Positions 13,890-27,588 of a DNA stretch of 64,000 bases are shown here, one piece after another. Position numbers and translations under genes: made by a program. Each line of letters begins with the position of its first letter. Positions within the stretch are counted from its first letter, which is position 1. The notes beneath the pieces were generated by a model, which had not been told where the DNA came from, made no database searches, and worked only from the letters and a program-made list of their open reading frames with translations. Source of the DNA: Octopus vulgaris (Eukaryota); contig OX597831.1 in the NCBI GenBank assembly GCA_951406725.2, positions 10,106,001 through 10,170,000 on the forward strand, given 5' to 3'.

Positions 13890-14280
13890 TTTCTAGTTTG
13901 GGGTCAATGGCAGCAATTTTCAACGAGAGATTACATCGGGCCGTCTGCTGAATTCGTACGGATTTTATCGACTATGAAGGAATGAAAGGGAAAGACTACC
14001 TTGGCTTTTGAGCTCAGAAAATGAAGATCCGGAATAACTGCTGCTAAGCATTTTCCCGGCGCGGTAATGATTCCGCTAGCTCACATCTTTAATCGTAAAT
14101 AATACTTAATAATATTAAAAGAAAAAAAATTGGTTTCAAATTTTGGCACGAAGCCAGCCACTATGGGGGAAGTGATTTAGATCGACCCCGGCGGAATTTG
14201 AACTCAGAACGTAAGGACTGACAAAATGCCAGTAACGATTTTAATCGGCGCAGTAACAATTCTGCCAAATTCTGCCACAT
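13890..14280 (-). mobile_element. Two adjacent degraded Nin/Deu-type SINE copies
   Basis: TTTTATCGACTATGAAGGAATGAAAGG.. and TCGACCCCGGCGGAATTTGAACTCAGAACGTAA. Confidence 0.6.
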
Positions 14281-15691
14281 TGTTAAGACGAAGAATATTA
14301 AAATTATTAACAACTGAATATGCTAGAAACAGAAGTAAATATAAAGACAGCATATTCAATCATTCGTTCCATAAACTATAAATATTTTCATATAATGTAA
14401 ATACATTTCTATGAGAAATAAATAATTTTGTGTATTTTAGAATATAGATGGAAACGATGTATAAATATTTTAGTATCATATTGTGTGCATACATGACATC
14501 CATGCAAATATCCATTGATATTTATATTTTGCATCACGGATACAACAAATACTGACAAAAGGCTTCAATATTTAATACGGTAAACCGCGGTGTTGTATTT
14601 TCAAAAGATTTAAAATATAAAACATTTGAAATTCCGTATCAAATTATCAATTTATTCTCAGCAAACAGTAAAAGTCAGAATTCATGCATCCTCCACAGAA
14701 TTGCATGACATCCAGATGTGGAATAGAAAAAAACGCTGCAGTCTTTCTCATACTCTGTTTAATGTCATTTCAGAAAGTGCCTTGAGTACATTTCAAGGCA
14801 ATTTTGAAGGTAGAGCAAGCGATCACGAGTCTGAAGTATTCTGAATCAACTGTTAATATCGATGATAACTCAAAGCAATTTAAAATTTTGATTTGAAAAC
14901 TGAACGTAAAAAAGAAACAGAAATTTTGTTATTCATTCTTTGTTAATCGTTTGTAATAAAAATGTACTCAACGATTATTTTGGGAAAATGTGATGGCGGT
15001 AATTCTGTAATAATTGATAGTCAAACTGTGTGAAATGATTTTCCGGGATTTTAGCTGTGTTATTATAAACCATTGTTACGATAAATACGGGTCAAAAAGA
15101 GCAGTTGCAATGGTGAAATGTGATATTTTTTAAAAAACTGCACTTGAAAAATAAACATCAAGAAATATTAATAAAAAATTATAGATTATTTCATATTTTC
15201 GAAAGAAACGGATGGATCGGAATGCTGGATTCTTAAAAATGACTTGATGAGGATGAAATGAACGCGATCTTTCATGTTCCATCCCTTAAAATAATGCTAA
15301 AAGTAGTTTATGAGAAAGGAAATATATAAGAGTATGAGTTGGATAAAATATTTGAATCGGGCTCCTTTTAGATATTCAAAACAACTGGTAAATGCCAGAG
15401 GCTGCTCCGTTCATCGGATCAACTGAAACCCACGTCGTTGTCAACTGTTTTATCGAAAGCGTAGATTGTTGTTAAATGCTCGAAATACGCGACTAGGCAA
15501 AACTGATGAAAGGGTCATTCTTTATGTTGTTTGTTTTGTTTTCCATTGGTGTCTTTCGTTGTTCAAAAGAATAGTTCATGTTCAATGTACTCGTTCTCCG
15601 TACTTTTTGTTGTACACGTTTCGTGACGTCCTGTGCCCACTAATGCGTATATATAAACGTATAGATGTATGTATATATACATATGTATATA

Positions 15692-15730
<39 letters not shown>

Positions 15731-15799
15731 TTATATTATTATATTATTATTATATGATTGAAAGCCACGCAGCCTCTTCTAAGTAAGTTTATGTATGTA

Positions 15800-15860
<61 letters not shown>

Positions 15861-16390
15861 GCACATGTGTCTATGTGTATGTGTGTATATGTGTGTGCAT
15901 GTATGCGTTCATACACAAGATTACATGCACTATTCATTATTTAGTAAAAATGCGATCATAAGAACTCTGTTATTGCTCAGAAAATCAAACGGCATTACAA
16001 AACTACTACATTCCTTATAATACAATATTGCCAGAACTATAGCAGATGTTCAATTTATTTCCTTTGATAAAGAATCGGGCAGCAATTCTTGGTTTTCTAG
16101 ATTTGTCTCTCTACGTATATAAACATTTTCATGCACTGTTGACAACAGCAACAGTACTAATAAGAGAAAACGGTAAAAGAAGGACGAATACGACGAGACA
16201 TCAAAGGGGATAATGAAGAAGAACATTAGCAGGCGTGGAAAGAGCGGACATCAGCGCGATTAATAGTTAATGTCTAGAATATCGTTTAAGCAATTTACAA
16301 ATAGACTCGTTAAATGTTGAACATATAAGTCTTTTGAAGAGTCGTTTTTTCAGTGATATCAATAGTATTGTATTCTACATATTGAGATGT

Positions 16391-16424
<34 letters not shown>

Positions 16425-18211
16425 TCTCTCACACGTACAAATACACAAAAATACACACATACATTAGAAGATATTTTCTCATCGTTTGAAGAATGTGGGA
16501 CGTCCTTAAAGCAATACGCTTCGATGTAGTTTGTATTTACATGTTAATTCTTAACAAAATTGGTTGAAATGAAAGGATTTTATGAAACTTCCTTACAATC
16601 ATCAATGCAGATATCCGCCAAAGCTATTAAAATTGGTAAGTGCCACACCCTCACGTCACACCACACACTGTTATTCTGTTGGGGGTCAGTGCTATTTGAA
16701 ATTATTCAACTGCGGCTATACTCGCTTCTTAGTCTGTCTGACCTCTCCCTTGTGAGGGGAAACTTAGAGCTGGCAAAATTAGAATATGTTTATGTGTGTG
16801 TTTGTGCGTGTGAGTATGTATGCATATCTATGAACACACGCACACACATACATATACATGTAACAAAATGAGATTTAGAAGGATATGCCCGTCTATGTAT
16901 CATACGTAATATAAATGCGTTGTTTAAGTGAAATTCACTGTGGTATTCGCCCAGAGATGATGTATGACGTGGTCATGCTGTGTTTGAAAACCAATGCTTT
17001 TCGGGAGGTGACAGGATCTCGACCAGCAGCTGTAAGAACACCAAAACATGTCTGTCTCCCATGGCCTTGTCCATAGCATCTAATCACTGCCAGTGACATG
17101 ATGAGGCAAATTTTGTCGACATTGATATATAGGAAAAGAGCGAATAAACATTCAATTTTATTGCGAATATAATCCCTCCAACATACAAATATGTTATATG
17201 CAATAAAATCAGTGAAAGTAGCTGCCTCTGTCTCACACATAATAACCGAGATCCCAACGTTCTTGCACAGGTCTTTGATAAGCTACACGTTTGGAGACCT
17301 GCAATTTTTGAGAGATAGGCATGTGTTTATTACATTCAATGCAGTGCTTGGCCGTAATTTAGTTTCTCGATTCCAAAGTGATGAAAGGCAAAATTCAATT
17401 CCACTTGATTCATGTAGCTCAAAAGGTAAGAGCCTGGAGAAATACCCGTTAGCATTTTGTCCAAAGTCTCTAGCGTTTCTCTGTGAATATACACATATTT
17501 CATTATTACAATGACGTGACTTAATACCTTATTACTAGTTCCGTTCCACAATAAAAAAAATATTGATTTATTTATTGGGTCAAGAAAAATATAGATTGAA
17601 AAGTGTTAGATATAAATGATTGTATAAATTTTTCAACAAACAAGTGTAATTAAATAATGCTTCCTAAATTATGAATCGATACTTAAGTGCTCTGATAAAT
17701 TTTAGGAATGTTCGGCCGCCTCTTGACGCATGCACTCAACAAATATAGAATCTTAAAATATATACCTCTTTAACATCCATTGCATTTTAATAATATTTAT
17801 TAAAACAGAACAAATTTAATATTAAACATCAACTAAAGTACTTTCTTTAATTCATATAATTTAATCCCAAATGGAACGTAATTTAAACAGAAATTAATTT
17901 CATAATAATTACTTAAACTATAGCCTACATTTATAGAATATCTAAATTCAACTGTTATTTTCACGTTTTATTCAAAACACTGATGCTGCAAATATGATAA
18001 GTATAATGCATTTTGTAACTGAGAATTTGTAGCGTTACAACACTGGATTCATGTTCATTTCATTGCTTAGGAAGACATACATACAAGCCGTTTAATAAAA
18101 CAGGGTTAGGATCCGCATTAAAATCTTCGTATCTTCGTACTCACATAAATTCATAGAGAATTCGTAGAGAACAGCTATGCACATATATATATATATATAT
18201 ACATATATATA

Positions 18212-18524
18212 TAATTGCAGCGTGGAAGGTGTTTATAAGCCATTTAAGAAACACAAAAAAACAGTTAGATTCACTTCAACATTTAAATTTAATTTGTCAA
18301 AATATTTTCGTCGCTTTGAGACCGCGACCTGTTCACTGACAAAACTTCGTGACGCATCTCAAATCAACGAAAATATTTTGACAAATTAAACTTAAATATT
18401 GAAGTGAATCAAACGGCTTTTGTGTGTTTCTTAAATGGCTTACAAACACATTCCACGCTGCAATTGTTTTCGTTCCAGCACACGATCTCAGATCAAATCA
18501 CTTGCTATGCGAGTAGATCTCCGA

Positions 18525-18556
<32 letters not shown>
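18212..18556. mobile_element. Inverted-repeat PLE-like pLTR element containing a hammerhead-type motif
   Basis: 18212-18320 inverted versus ~18355-18465; 3' extension ending in (AAT)n; second copy at 63861-64000. Confidence 0.7.
18293..18343 (-). ncRNA. Putative minimal type-I hammerhead ribozyme, G3-C8 core variant
   Basis: Minus: TTTGTCA | GTGAACA G | GTCGC-GGTCTCAAA-GCGAC | GAA AA-TA-TT T | TGACAAA. Confidence 0.6.
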
Positions 18557-18558
<2 letters not shown>

Positions 18559-18593
18559 TCATAGATTCATAGAGAATTCATAGAGAATAGTTA

Positions 18594-18638
<45 letters not shown>

Positions 18639-18822
18639 GTATAGCCTTAGGAAGCATCGAATTCCTGTTCAGTACAATCGTCGTGTGTACCTGTGCGTGT
18701 TTATGTGTGTGTGTGTGCGTGTGACGAAGCATATGTCCATACACGTTAGTTTTTTTTTGTTTGCATTTATATCAGCCAAATAAGACCTACCAGTTATTTT
18801 TACCCATATGTATGTGCGATGT

Positions 18823-19157
18823 AGGCGCATGGCTCACTGGTTAGAGCGTCGAACTTACGATAGTGAGGTTGTGAGCTCGAATCACGGACCAGGCTGCGTG
18901 TTGTGTTCTTGAGCAAGACACTTTATTTCAAGTTGCTCCAGTTCACTCAGCTGTAGAAATGAGTTGTCACGTCACAGGTGCCAGGCTCTATCGGCCCCTT
19001 TACCTTTCCCTTAAATAGCACTGGTGCCATGAGGAGGGGATGCCGGTGTGCATGGGCGACTGCTGGTTATCCATAAACAACCTTGCCCGGACTTATGCCT
19101 GGGAGGGTAACTTTCTAGTCGCAATCCCATGGTCAGTTATGACCGAAGGGGGTCTCA
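18823..19157 (+). mobile_element. tRNA-derived SINE (head shared with 5049 and 35814 copies, different 3' half)
   Basis: GGCGCATGGCTCACTGGTTAGAGCG, GCTCGAATC, GTGTTCTTGAGCAAGACACTTTATTTCA.. Confidence 0.8.
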
Positions 19158-19291
19158 GAATATGTTTGTGCAGAATACTTGTATATGTTCAAGCAATATT
19201 GAATGACGCCCGAAAGACTGCTCTCAGGTCTGAGCTAACCATATGCAGCAGTTTGGTTGAAAATATAGTAATTATATTTGTTTTATCTGAT

Positions 19292-19384
19292 ACACTCAAC
19301 GGTAAAATTTCCACTTATTCCTTATTTTTATTTACTAAATTTTTTCTAAAATAAGGAATAAGTGGTAATTTTACCGGTGAGTGT
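19292..19384. repeat. Hairpin with ~38-bp arms
   Basis: ACACTCAACGGTAAAATTTCCACTTATTCCTTATTTT / AAAATAAGGAATAAGTGGTAATTTTACCGGTGAGTGT. Confidence 0.85.
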
Positions 19385-20889
19385 GTTAAATAATAAGGCA
19401 CTAAAGGAGAATGACTCTCCCCAGACACAACAGAATATGCTTCAACACACGAACTCATATAAAGAATCTTGCAAACCAAATCCAAAAACGAAATATTTGT
19501 TTTTCTTTCATGTTCTTACTTTCGGTTTTTGTTGTTAACATATTCCAAAGACAGTGTGTCTAATTACAGTGACCCTGTCTTACGTCCGCGAGAAAGTGTG
19601 CTTCTACCAACGTACTTTAATTCTTGTGCGTTAAATGGTAAAATGTTAGAGTGGTCCGCTTCGCAGGAATACGAAAATGCATTAAGATTTAGAGCGGTGA
19701 ACGATGTTAACGAATAGACTTTTATTGCTGAACAATAACTTGGGAAACTCTTTGTGCTGCCGCATAATATCCATTATATTACCAAACACTACCATTCCGA
19801 ACAGATTTTTCTATTTTATACATGAAATATACATAGCAAGTCTTCGCGCGAGTCTCATATATTGGATGAATAATTTGTATTCTAGTAAGAACAAAATTTA
19901 TATGAATGTATTTCTTTTGAGGGCAATATATGTTCGCTACTTTTATCTCTCTTTGAACACGAGTGTCAAAAATTATTTTTATTTCATCTCACCTTTTCAT
20001 AAGGATATTGGAATAATTGCACAAGTTGTCAAAAGAAATTCGAGACTGACCTTACGATTTTTCTTTCATTCGATTCGATCAAACGGTAGAAATTAGGTGT
20101 CATTCTTCCTTTCGACTAGTTTCTGACTACTTTCTTAAGTAAATGAAATAAATACGACGCAGTGTCTCTCATTACGGTTAGCTCAAGTGACTTACACATG
20201 TTAGTTGAAATGTTTCTTTAATATTGTAGCGTAGAACAAACAACCACGAGAGCAATCATAATAACAACAAACAGAATGAGTGATTTACACGGCAACTTAG
20301 TAAAAGCGAACTTGCAATTGAAAAGAACATAAATAAATAAACGAAAAACCTGAGAAATCTAACAGACGAGTAAATCAAACGAATATTCCGTGACATAAGC
20401 GGCAACGCTAATAATAGCGTCTCTAACATTCATGGGAACAAGGTTAAATATTGTAATGTTGGAGCGAAATGTTTCAAGCATTGGCTCCGGCATATAACTG
20501 GTACATCACAATACATGATCAGTACCCTCTTGGAATGTGAGGTATGAAACGTAACGTACACTTTACTGGGAATTCCATTACTAATTTAATGGAGTGTTAC
20601 TGAATGTTAAAATTATTTTGTACTGTACCATCCTATTGGTGTATTCGATAATATAAACACATACATTAAACCACACAATTACATAGTTTTACAATGAACT
20701 ATGTCAAGTTTATAATGTGAGAGGAAGATATGAAAAAGGATGTAAATAAAAAAAATATACCTCCTCGAGTGAATTCAAGACATAAAATTTCATTACCTTT
20801 CTCAAAGTAGTTATGGTGGCAATACTTCTGCAGCCAAGTTAGTGTCAATGTTTATTTTTTATCGATATGAATAAATATACATACATATA

Positions 20890-21236
<347 letters not shown>

Positions 21237-21333
21237 GATTTTTAGTGGTAAGAAAGCCTGACCACTTATTTTAATATGCCTGTTACGTTAGTCATTCTTT
21301 CTTTCTTTCTTTCTTTCTCCCCCTCTCTCTCTT

Positions 21334-21371
<38 letters not shown>

Positions 21372-22995
21372 GAGAGATAGGTGAGGGATTTCCGCGTAGT
21401 TTCTCCCTAGCATACTCCAGTGTCCAATGACAGCGAATCAATAGAGCCAACCAATCATTGCTAGAAATACCTCCAACCCAGTGCCACGTAATGGAACCAA
21501 AATCGCAGTACCTTGCGATTTTGAATATACCTTATGAAAGCCAGATCTACATCTCTGGCTTTCATTGGTGCTATTTTCTTTTACTTTGAATTGAACTCAC
21601 CACGGAATTGTAGGAAACTGAAATAAAGTCAGACATCTCCAATAGGCTATTCCTTCTTTCATTCCGCAACGTCTGAAACAAATAAAATGTACAAACAGTT
21701 TTTATTAAAGTGCAGCTTCACCCTGTAGAGAACAGTTGTCAACGATAAAGAACTATTGCGTTTTGGCTTGTTTTGTTTTCCGTTATTTTGTGAACGTGGC
21801 TGGGTTTAAAAGTGCCAAAGGCTAGCTGGCCTGATTTATATTCCCAATGTAATTAAAAGACATGAATTAAATAAACTATATATCAAGTAAAACCTCAAAT
21901 GAAGTTTACACAGATACATCCTAATTAAAAAAAAAAATGTTCCATTTATTGTTTTTCAAATTTATGTTATTTTCTTTATTTCTGTATTTATATATCAAGT
22001 GTTTTTTGACTACTAATTGTTACTTCCTAGAAAGCCATCAGCAATCTATATCGGCTGCATTTCACATGCCACATAGTATTTCAGAAAGTTGTGTAAATTA
22101 TTAGTTTTCCTCCTTTTTTATCGAATGTTTTTCTTTTATTATTTTAATTTACCGTATTTTATTTTTCTTATTTGTTGCGAGATGTTTTTTTTTTCCTTAT
22201 CTTATTTGCCGTGAAATATTTTTACTGAAATTATTTCGCTACTTCGTCGACTGAAATGTGCTATGAATATTCACGTTCCAATCCAGATACAAACTGATTG
22301 AGACTTTCATTGTTTGAGGCTAAGTTTGTTTTTCTTCTTCTTCAATACTGTTATCAGCAAGATAAGGTAAAACTGCCGAAACCCAGATGGACCCCAAGAT
22401 ATGAAAAAAATATTTGCCAGAATGTTACAATAAAAACGTAAGCTGGGTTAGAAGCAAAACTAGAAAATAATGTCTTTCAAACATTTATTAATTTCTTTGT
22501 TTATTCAATTACAGCACTGGCTCCCAAACTGGGGCACACTTATCCCTAGGGTCCCAAAAAGTAGTACTGGTGATCAGTGAACTAAATTCAGAATTTCATA
22601 TATATATACATATATATATATATTTTTTTTCTATCTTTGTTTTGTATTTATGACGTCCTGTTTTTGTTATTATTATTATCATTATTGTTTTTACGTATTA
22701 TTATTATTGTTTTTACGTATTTTTGTATTCATATTCGTGTAACATCGTCCATTTTTCCGTCTTTGTTTTGTATACATTCGAAGCTTTCTTCCAAGGAATC
22801 TAATGCTCTTAGCTTAGATTTTCCTTGGAGCTGGCCAGATTGGAGCAATCTCAAGATTAATCAGCCGAAATTGCGATGATGATCCGGTTCTTGACTGAAG
22901 ATTGAACGCTTCCAATGTCCCATCCGTGTTTTTTGTATCGTCTTCTAAATGTTTTGCGTTCTTGTCCCAGTTTGTATTTTTTTACACACACACAA

Positions 22996-23082
<87 letters not shown>

Positions 23083-23290
23083 AAGTTATTCCAAACAAGA
23101 AAGCACAAAAAACACAACAACGCGAGGACGTGGAACAAATATAGTATTATTGGACGCTCAGGAAAGAAGGAAAGAAGGAGGACTTAACGTTTCGAGCGGA
23201 GCTCTTCGTCGGAAACATAGGAGGAGAAGGAAAGATCCAGAGAAGGGAAGACGGGGGGGGGGGAGAAATGGTACACACGAAGTCACAGTT
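23083..23290 (-). mobile_element. PLE-like pLTR 3' remnant with hammerhead-like motif, abutting (TA)n
   Basis: Minus 23185-23212: CCGACGA-A-GAGC-TCC-GCTC-GAAAC-GTTA; homologous to 56990-57175 and 28541-28750. Confidence 0.6.
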
Positions 23291-24052
23291 TTGACAAACA
23301 TTCCTTTGAAAAGAATGGCAATTTCAAATCTTTCTTGATGTGGTTCGAAAGCAATGCACTAAACCAATGCCGTGTTGAAAAACACAAGTCGTTTACTCGA
23401 TGCTCTACCAATTTTGGAAGCCAAAGCCTTCGAATTAGAACGCTAATTGAGTGCCAAAATGTATTCATTAAAACACTCGACAGCCGTATTAAAACATTGT
23501 TATTTTATCTTATATTAAATATATTACTGGGTATTTTATTATTCTTTTTATGATATATTTTTTATATTGGTTTTTGGTCTCAAAAGTTGATTTTTTTCCT
23601 CTCTAATTGTTAGTTGCAAGAAAGCCATCAGCAATCTACGTCAGCATCATTTCTGATGCCGACTACTATTATAGCAATTAACGGTGTGCCAAAAATAGAG
23701 GTTTTGTTCTTAATTTTTTGGATTGATTGTTTGTTATTGAAAATAATATTTTTTTTGTGTTTAAAAGAAGTTTCTGACGAGTTATACACGCGTGCAAGTA
23801 TGTCTGTAAACATGCATCTATTCTCTATATGTCTTCTCCATATGTCTAACAGTATACGGATGTATGTGCAGCTGCACGTGTACTTCTGTATGTTGTCTCT
23901 TTGCGGCATGTTCTTTTTCTCGTTGTTAGCGGGCATCTTAATTCATGTGTATGAGTTTGTCGCGGCACCTGATCAATTTTGCGTTTGTTTCTGGATGTTT
24001 GTGCGGCGCGTGAATATAATGATACTTCAAATAATACATACCGTTGCTACAA

Positions 24053-24424
24053 GTGGAGGCGCAATGGCCCAGTGGTTAGGGCAGCGGACTCGTGGTCATA
24101 GGATCGCGGTTTCGATTCCCAGACAGGGCGTTGTGAGTGTTTATTGAGCGAAAACACCTACAGCTCCACGAGGCTCCGGCAGGCGATGGTGGTGATCCCT
24201 GCTGTACTCTTTCACCACAACTTTCTCTCACTCTTACTTCCTGTTTCTGTTGTACCTGTATTTCAAAGGGCCGACCTTATCACACTCTGTGTCACGCTGA
24301 ATATCCTCGAGAACTACGTTAAGGGTACACGTGTCTGTGGAGTGCTCAGCCACTTACACGTTAATTTCACGCGCAGGCTGTTCCGTTGATCGGATCAACC
24401 GGAACCCTCGTCGTCGTAACCGAC
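24053..24424 (+). mobile_element. tRNA-derived SINE (probably octopus OR-type)
   Basis: TGGCCCAGTGGTTAGGGC A box, TTTCGATTCCC B box; collinear with the minus copy at 35352-35730. Confidence 0.9.
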
Positions 24425-24656
24425 ATGTCCAAATTTGGCCAAATGCGTTTTCCCTTTTCAATATTTATTTTTGCTTGCAATAGCCGGTTCCTTTTGTCAA
24501 ACTATTGTATCTGCGGCTGCTTCAGTAACCAACATATCAACAAATTTAAGGTTAGTACAACGGTTTTGCTATGGAATAGTGAAATTATTTTCTCTGTTTC
24601 TGAAGAAAGGAACGTCTTGCACTTACGACACTTTTGAATAATAGCAACGATGTATA

Positions 24657-24887
24657 TTTCTTTACTACCCACAAGGGGATAAACACAGAGGGGGCAAACA
24701 ATGACAGACAAATGGATTAAGTCGATTACATCGACTCCAGTGCGCAACTAGTACTTAATTTATCGACCCCGAAAGGATGAAAGGCAAAGTCGACCTCGGC
24801 GGAATTTGAACGCAGTACGTAACGGCAGACGAAATACGGCTACACAGTTCGCCCGGCGTGCTAACGTTTCTGCCAGCTCGACGCCTT
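24657..24887 (-). mobile_element. Full-length Nin/Deu-type SINE with 13-bp TSD
   Basis: TSD TAATAGCAACGAT at 24639-24651 and 24888-24900; GTCGACTTTGCCTTTCATCCTTTCGGGGTCGATAAA domain. Confidence 0.9.
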
Positions 24888-26052
24888 TAATAGCAACGAT
24901 ATAATGTCGCGCAAAGTCGCATACGGACGAATTATATAAAGTAGAATTATATAAACTAGAATAGCTTTGAAATAAGGATTTAAATTGAGCACGGATTTCT
25001 TATTTGTTGGGGGTCAAGATAACATATAGCGTTCGTTTGTCTCTAGGAAGTGTAACACCACCATGAGGTAGATATTTTCCAGCAAAAGCATTCTATTTGT
25101 CTTAATGGCGTCAGAGAAGGACGAAAATGATATATAACGTGACTTGGAAATTTCCAACGGTAAAGACCTCTTGTTTTTTTCAGGTAGAAACAAAGTCGAT
25201 ATGTTGTCGAGTAGGACAGGATGGAAGGAAGACATACTGGAACCTTGCTCTGTTTATCGATCCCGAATAGGCTGATAGGAAAATTGGACGTCAACGACAA
25301 TTGAACTCAGTGGGCAGACAGGCGGAATATTTACAGCAGAGAATCGCTACGATATGGCGAACATTTCTCGTTGATGCAAAAACTATTATTTTCCACGCTT
25401 TTTTCCTTTTAACAGAAATCTCTGGGATTTGCGTTATTAACAAAAAGCTTGCACTTTTCCTGGCACGTATTTTGGACTGAATAAAAGATAGCTATTGTTA
25501 AATATTTCGTGCCAAGTTTATAACAATATATTTCGGTAAGATACATTAAAGGCAATGAAACTTTCTAGATCACAATGATAAAAGGATTTGAATGGACACA
25601 TGTGGAGGGAAGAAATCTTTGTGCATTCCTCAGAATTTGCTCTGCCTAATTGCGAAGAAACCGAATAAAGGAAAATCCATTTGCTGTACGGGTTTACTTT
25701 TGTTTTGAAAGGGTCACAATCGTCATAGTAAGTGCATGTCCGATGTTTTAGCATACGTCTTGAGAAATGCTCACAGGCTTACCAACCCATACACTTACGT
25801 AATGCATCCATATATATATATATATTATGCTGTATTATATTATGCTATATTATATTAAATGATATTTTATATAAACTAGATGCGGAAAGTTGAATCCACG
25901 AAGATTTTTTTATTCACATCTACTACAAACATTTCGACTCACCTTGCCTCTGTGTCTCAGTGTTGACGTTGACATTTGATACCCAATAACTGTAGACGTG
26001 CTTAACACAGCATATTATAATTTTATACACGAATGTCATTATATGTATATGT

Positions 26053-26053
26053 G

Positions 26054-26124
<71 letters not shown>

Positions 26125-26129
26125 GTATA

Positions 26130-26170
<41 letters not shown>
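26053..26170. repeat. (TATC)n microsatellite
   Basis: Direct reading. Confidence 0.95.
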
Positions 26171-26597
26171 GTGTATGTGTGCGTATGCGTTTGCGTATAT
26201 ATGTATGCATGTATATATAGTAATAATAACAATAAACCTACGATGGTATGTGTAAACGTTTAATGCATCGCTACGCACGTTTCCATAAAGCATGATTTTA
26301 AAGATCGCATTCCGTATTCCTGGGATAATTACGGATTGTTGCCGTAAAAGTCATATGATTTGTGGAAAGTGTGTAACGATATGTTAAGTGTTTAAATTTC
26401 AACATATTATTATTATTATTATTATTATTATATTTATTCTGTATTATATCAATATAGCTTGATTCGAACCTGAAAAATTGGCTCCTCTCTCAGCATCATT
26501 AGACGGTGGCTGGCATAATGGAATTGGAGCCACATTTCCATATTCAAAACGTTACCATAAGCAAATTTAAAAGATATATATATATATACATATGCAT

Positions 26598-26682
<85 letters not shown>

Positions 26683-27323
26683 ATATTATTTATATTATTA
26701 AATGATTGAACACCACGCATCACCTTCCAAATATGTTATATATATATATATATATATTCGTATGTATGCATACAATGCATCGCATGCATATATATGTACA
26801 TGAATATGCAATTGTTCGCGTGCATAATTCCATACATATGCCGTTAGGTAATCTTCTCGGGTAGTATTTAAGCAACCATAACTTAAGTATGTTGTAAGTA
26901 GGCATGCGCCGAAACAGCGCTACATACCCTTTTCCATACTGTAATATTTGTCGACATTTGTACAGCATGGTATGAAAAGTAAACATAGATACACTTTTTC
27001 GAAATGCAAACAAATTTCTTCATTATTTACATCATAAAGACTAAAAGAAACGAGATATAGAGAAGTAAATACTTCTTAACAATGGAACTCAAAGGGATAA
27101 TAAGCTAGTATTATCTTAGGTTAAAAAGGAATCTTGGGTGAGGAACCTTTCACTATAAACATTCAAGTGGTATTTTTTGATATGTTCCTACATGGAATTC
27201 TTCATAGCTGTAAATGTATGGTTTCCCACCATTTAACATGACTTACTAGTGTTGTCTCTATTTATACAAATAAAAATTCGCTTTGTTGAAGCAGAAACTA
27301 ATGAAAATATTTTCCTTGTTTAA

Positions 27324-27588
27324 CCCTTAGACGGCGAACGTCATGAACTAATATTTCAAACTTATATTTACATGGATTCAGCCATCATGAAAGAAGAGTG
27401 ATTGATTTATGGAACTTGTCTCTATTGAGATCGTTAATTTTATTCTCCGAGATACAAAACATTTCCAAAGATTTTGTATTTTTTAAAAGTAGAAATAAGT
27501 ATAAAAACTTACCTTAACAAAAAGAGGTGTGATTAACCTTTACCTGTTTCTAATATACATATATGCAGCCCTTTCATTCGTTTAAGGG
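27324..27588. mobile_element. piggyBac-type MITE
   Basis: TTAA|CCCTTAGACG ... CGTTTAAGGG|TTAA: TTAA TSD and CCC..GGG termini. Confidence 0.6.

Noticed and set aside
23614-24147. 177-aa hydrophobic ORF (also 49249-49824)
   Set aside because: T-rich low-complexity sequence running into a SINE or microsatellite; not a credible single-exon gene.
25184-25470. Good acceptor sites followed by short frames
   Set aside because: The frames after the first acceptor close quickly and no homology is recognisable; needs RNA data.
25905-25998. Hammerhead half-sites (also 59585-59605, 31921-31995, 8790-8862, 47570-47603)
   Set aside because: GAAA + near-palindrome or a core-like heptamer is present, but I could not assemble core, stem I and stem II together. 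Possibly decayed PLE ends; not reported as ribozymes.
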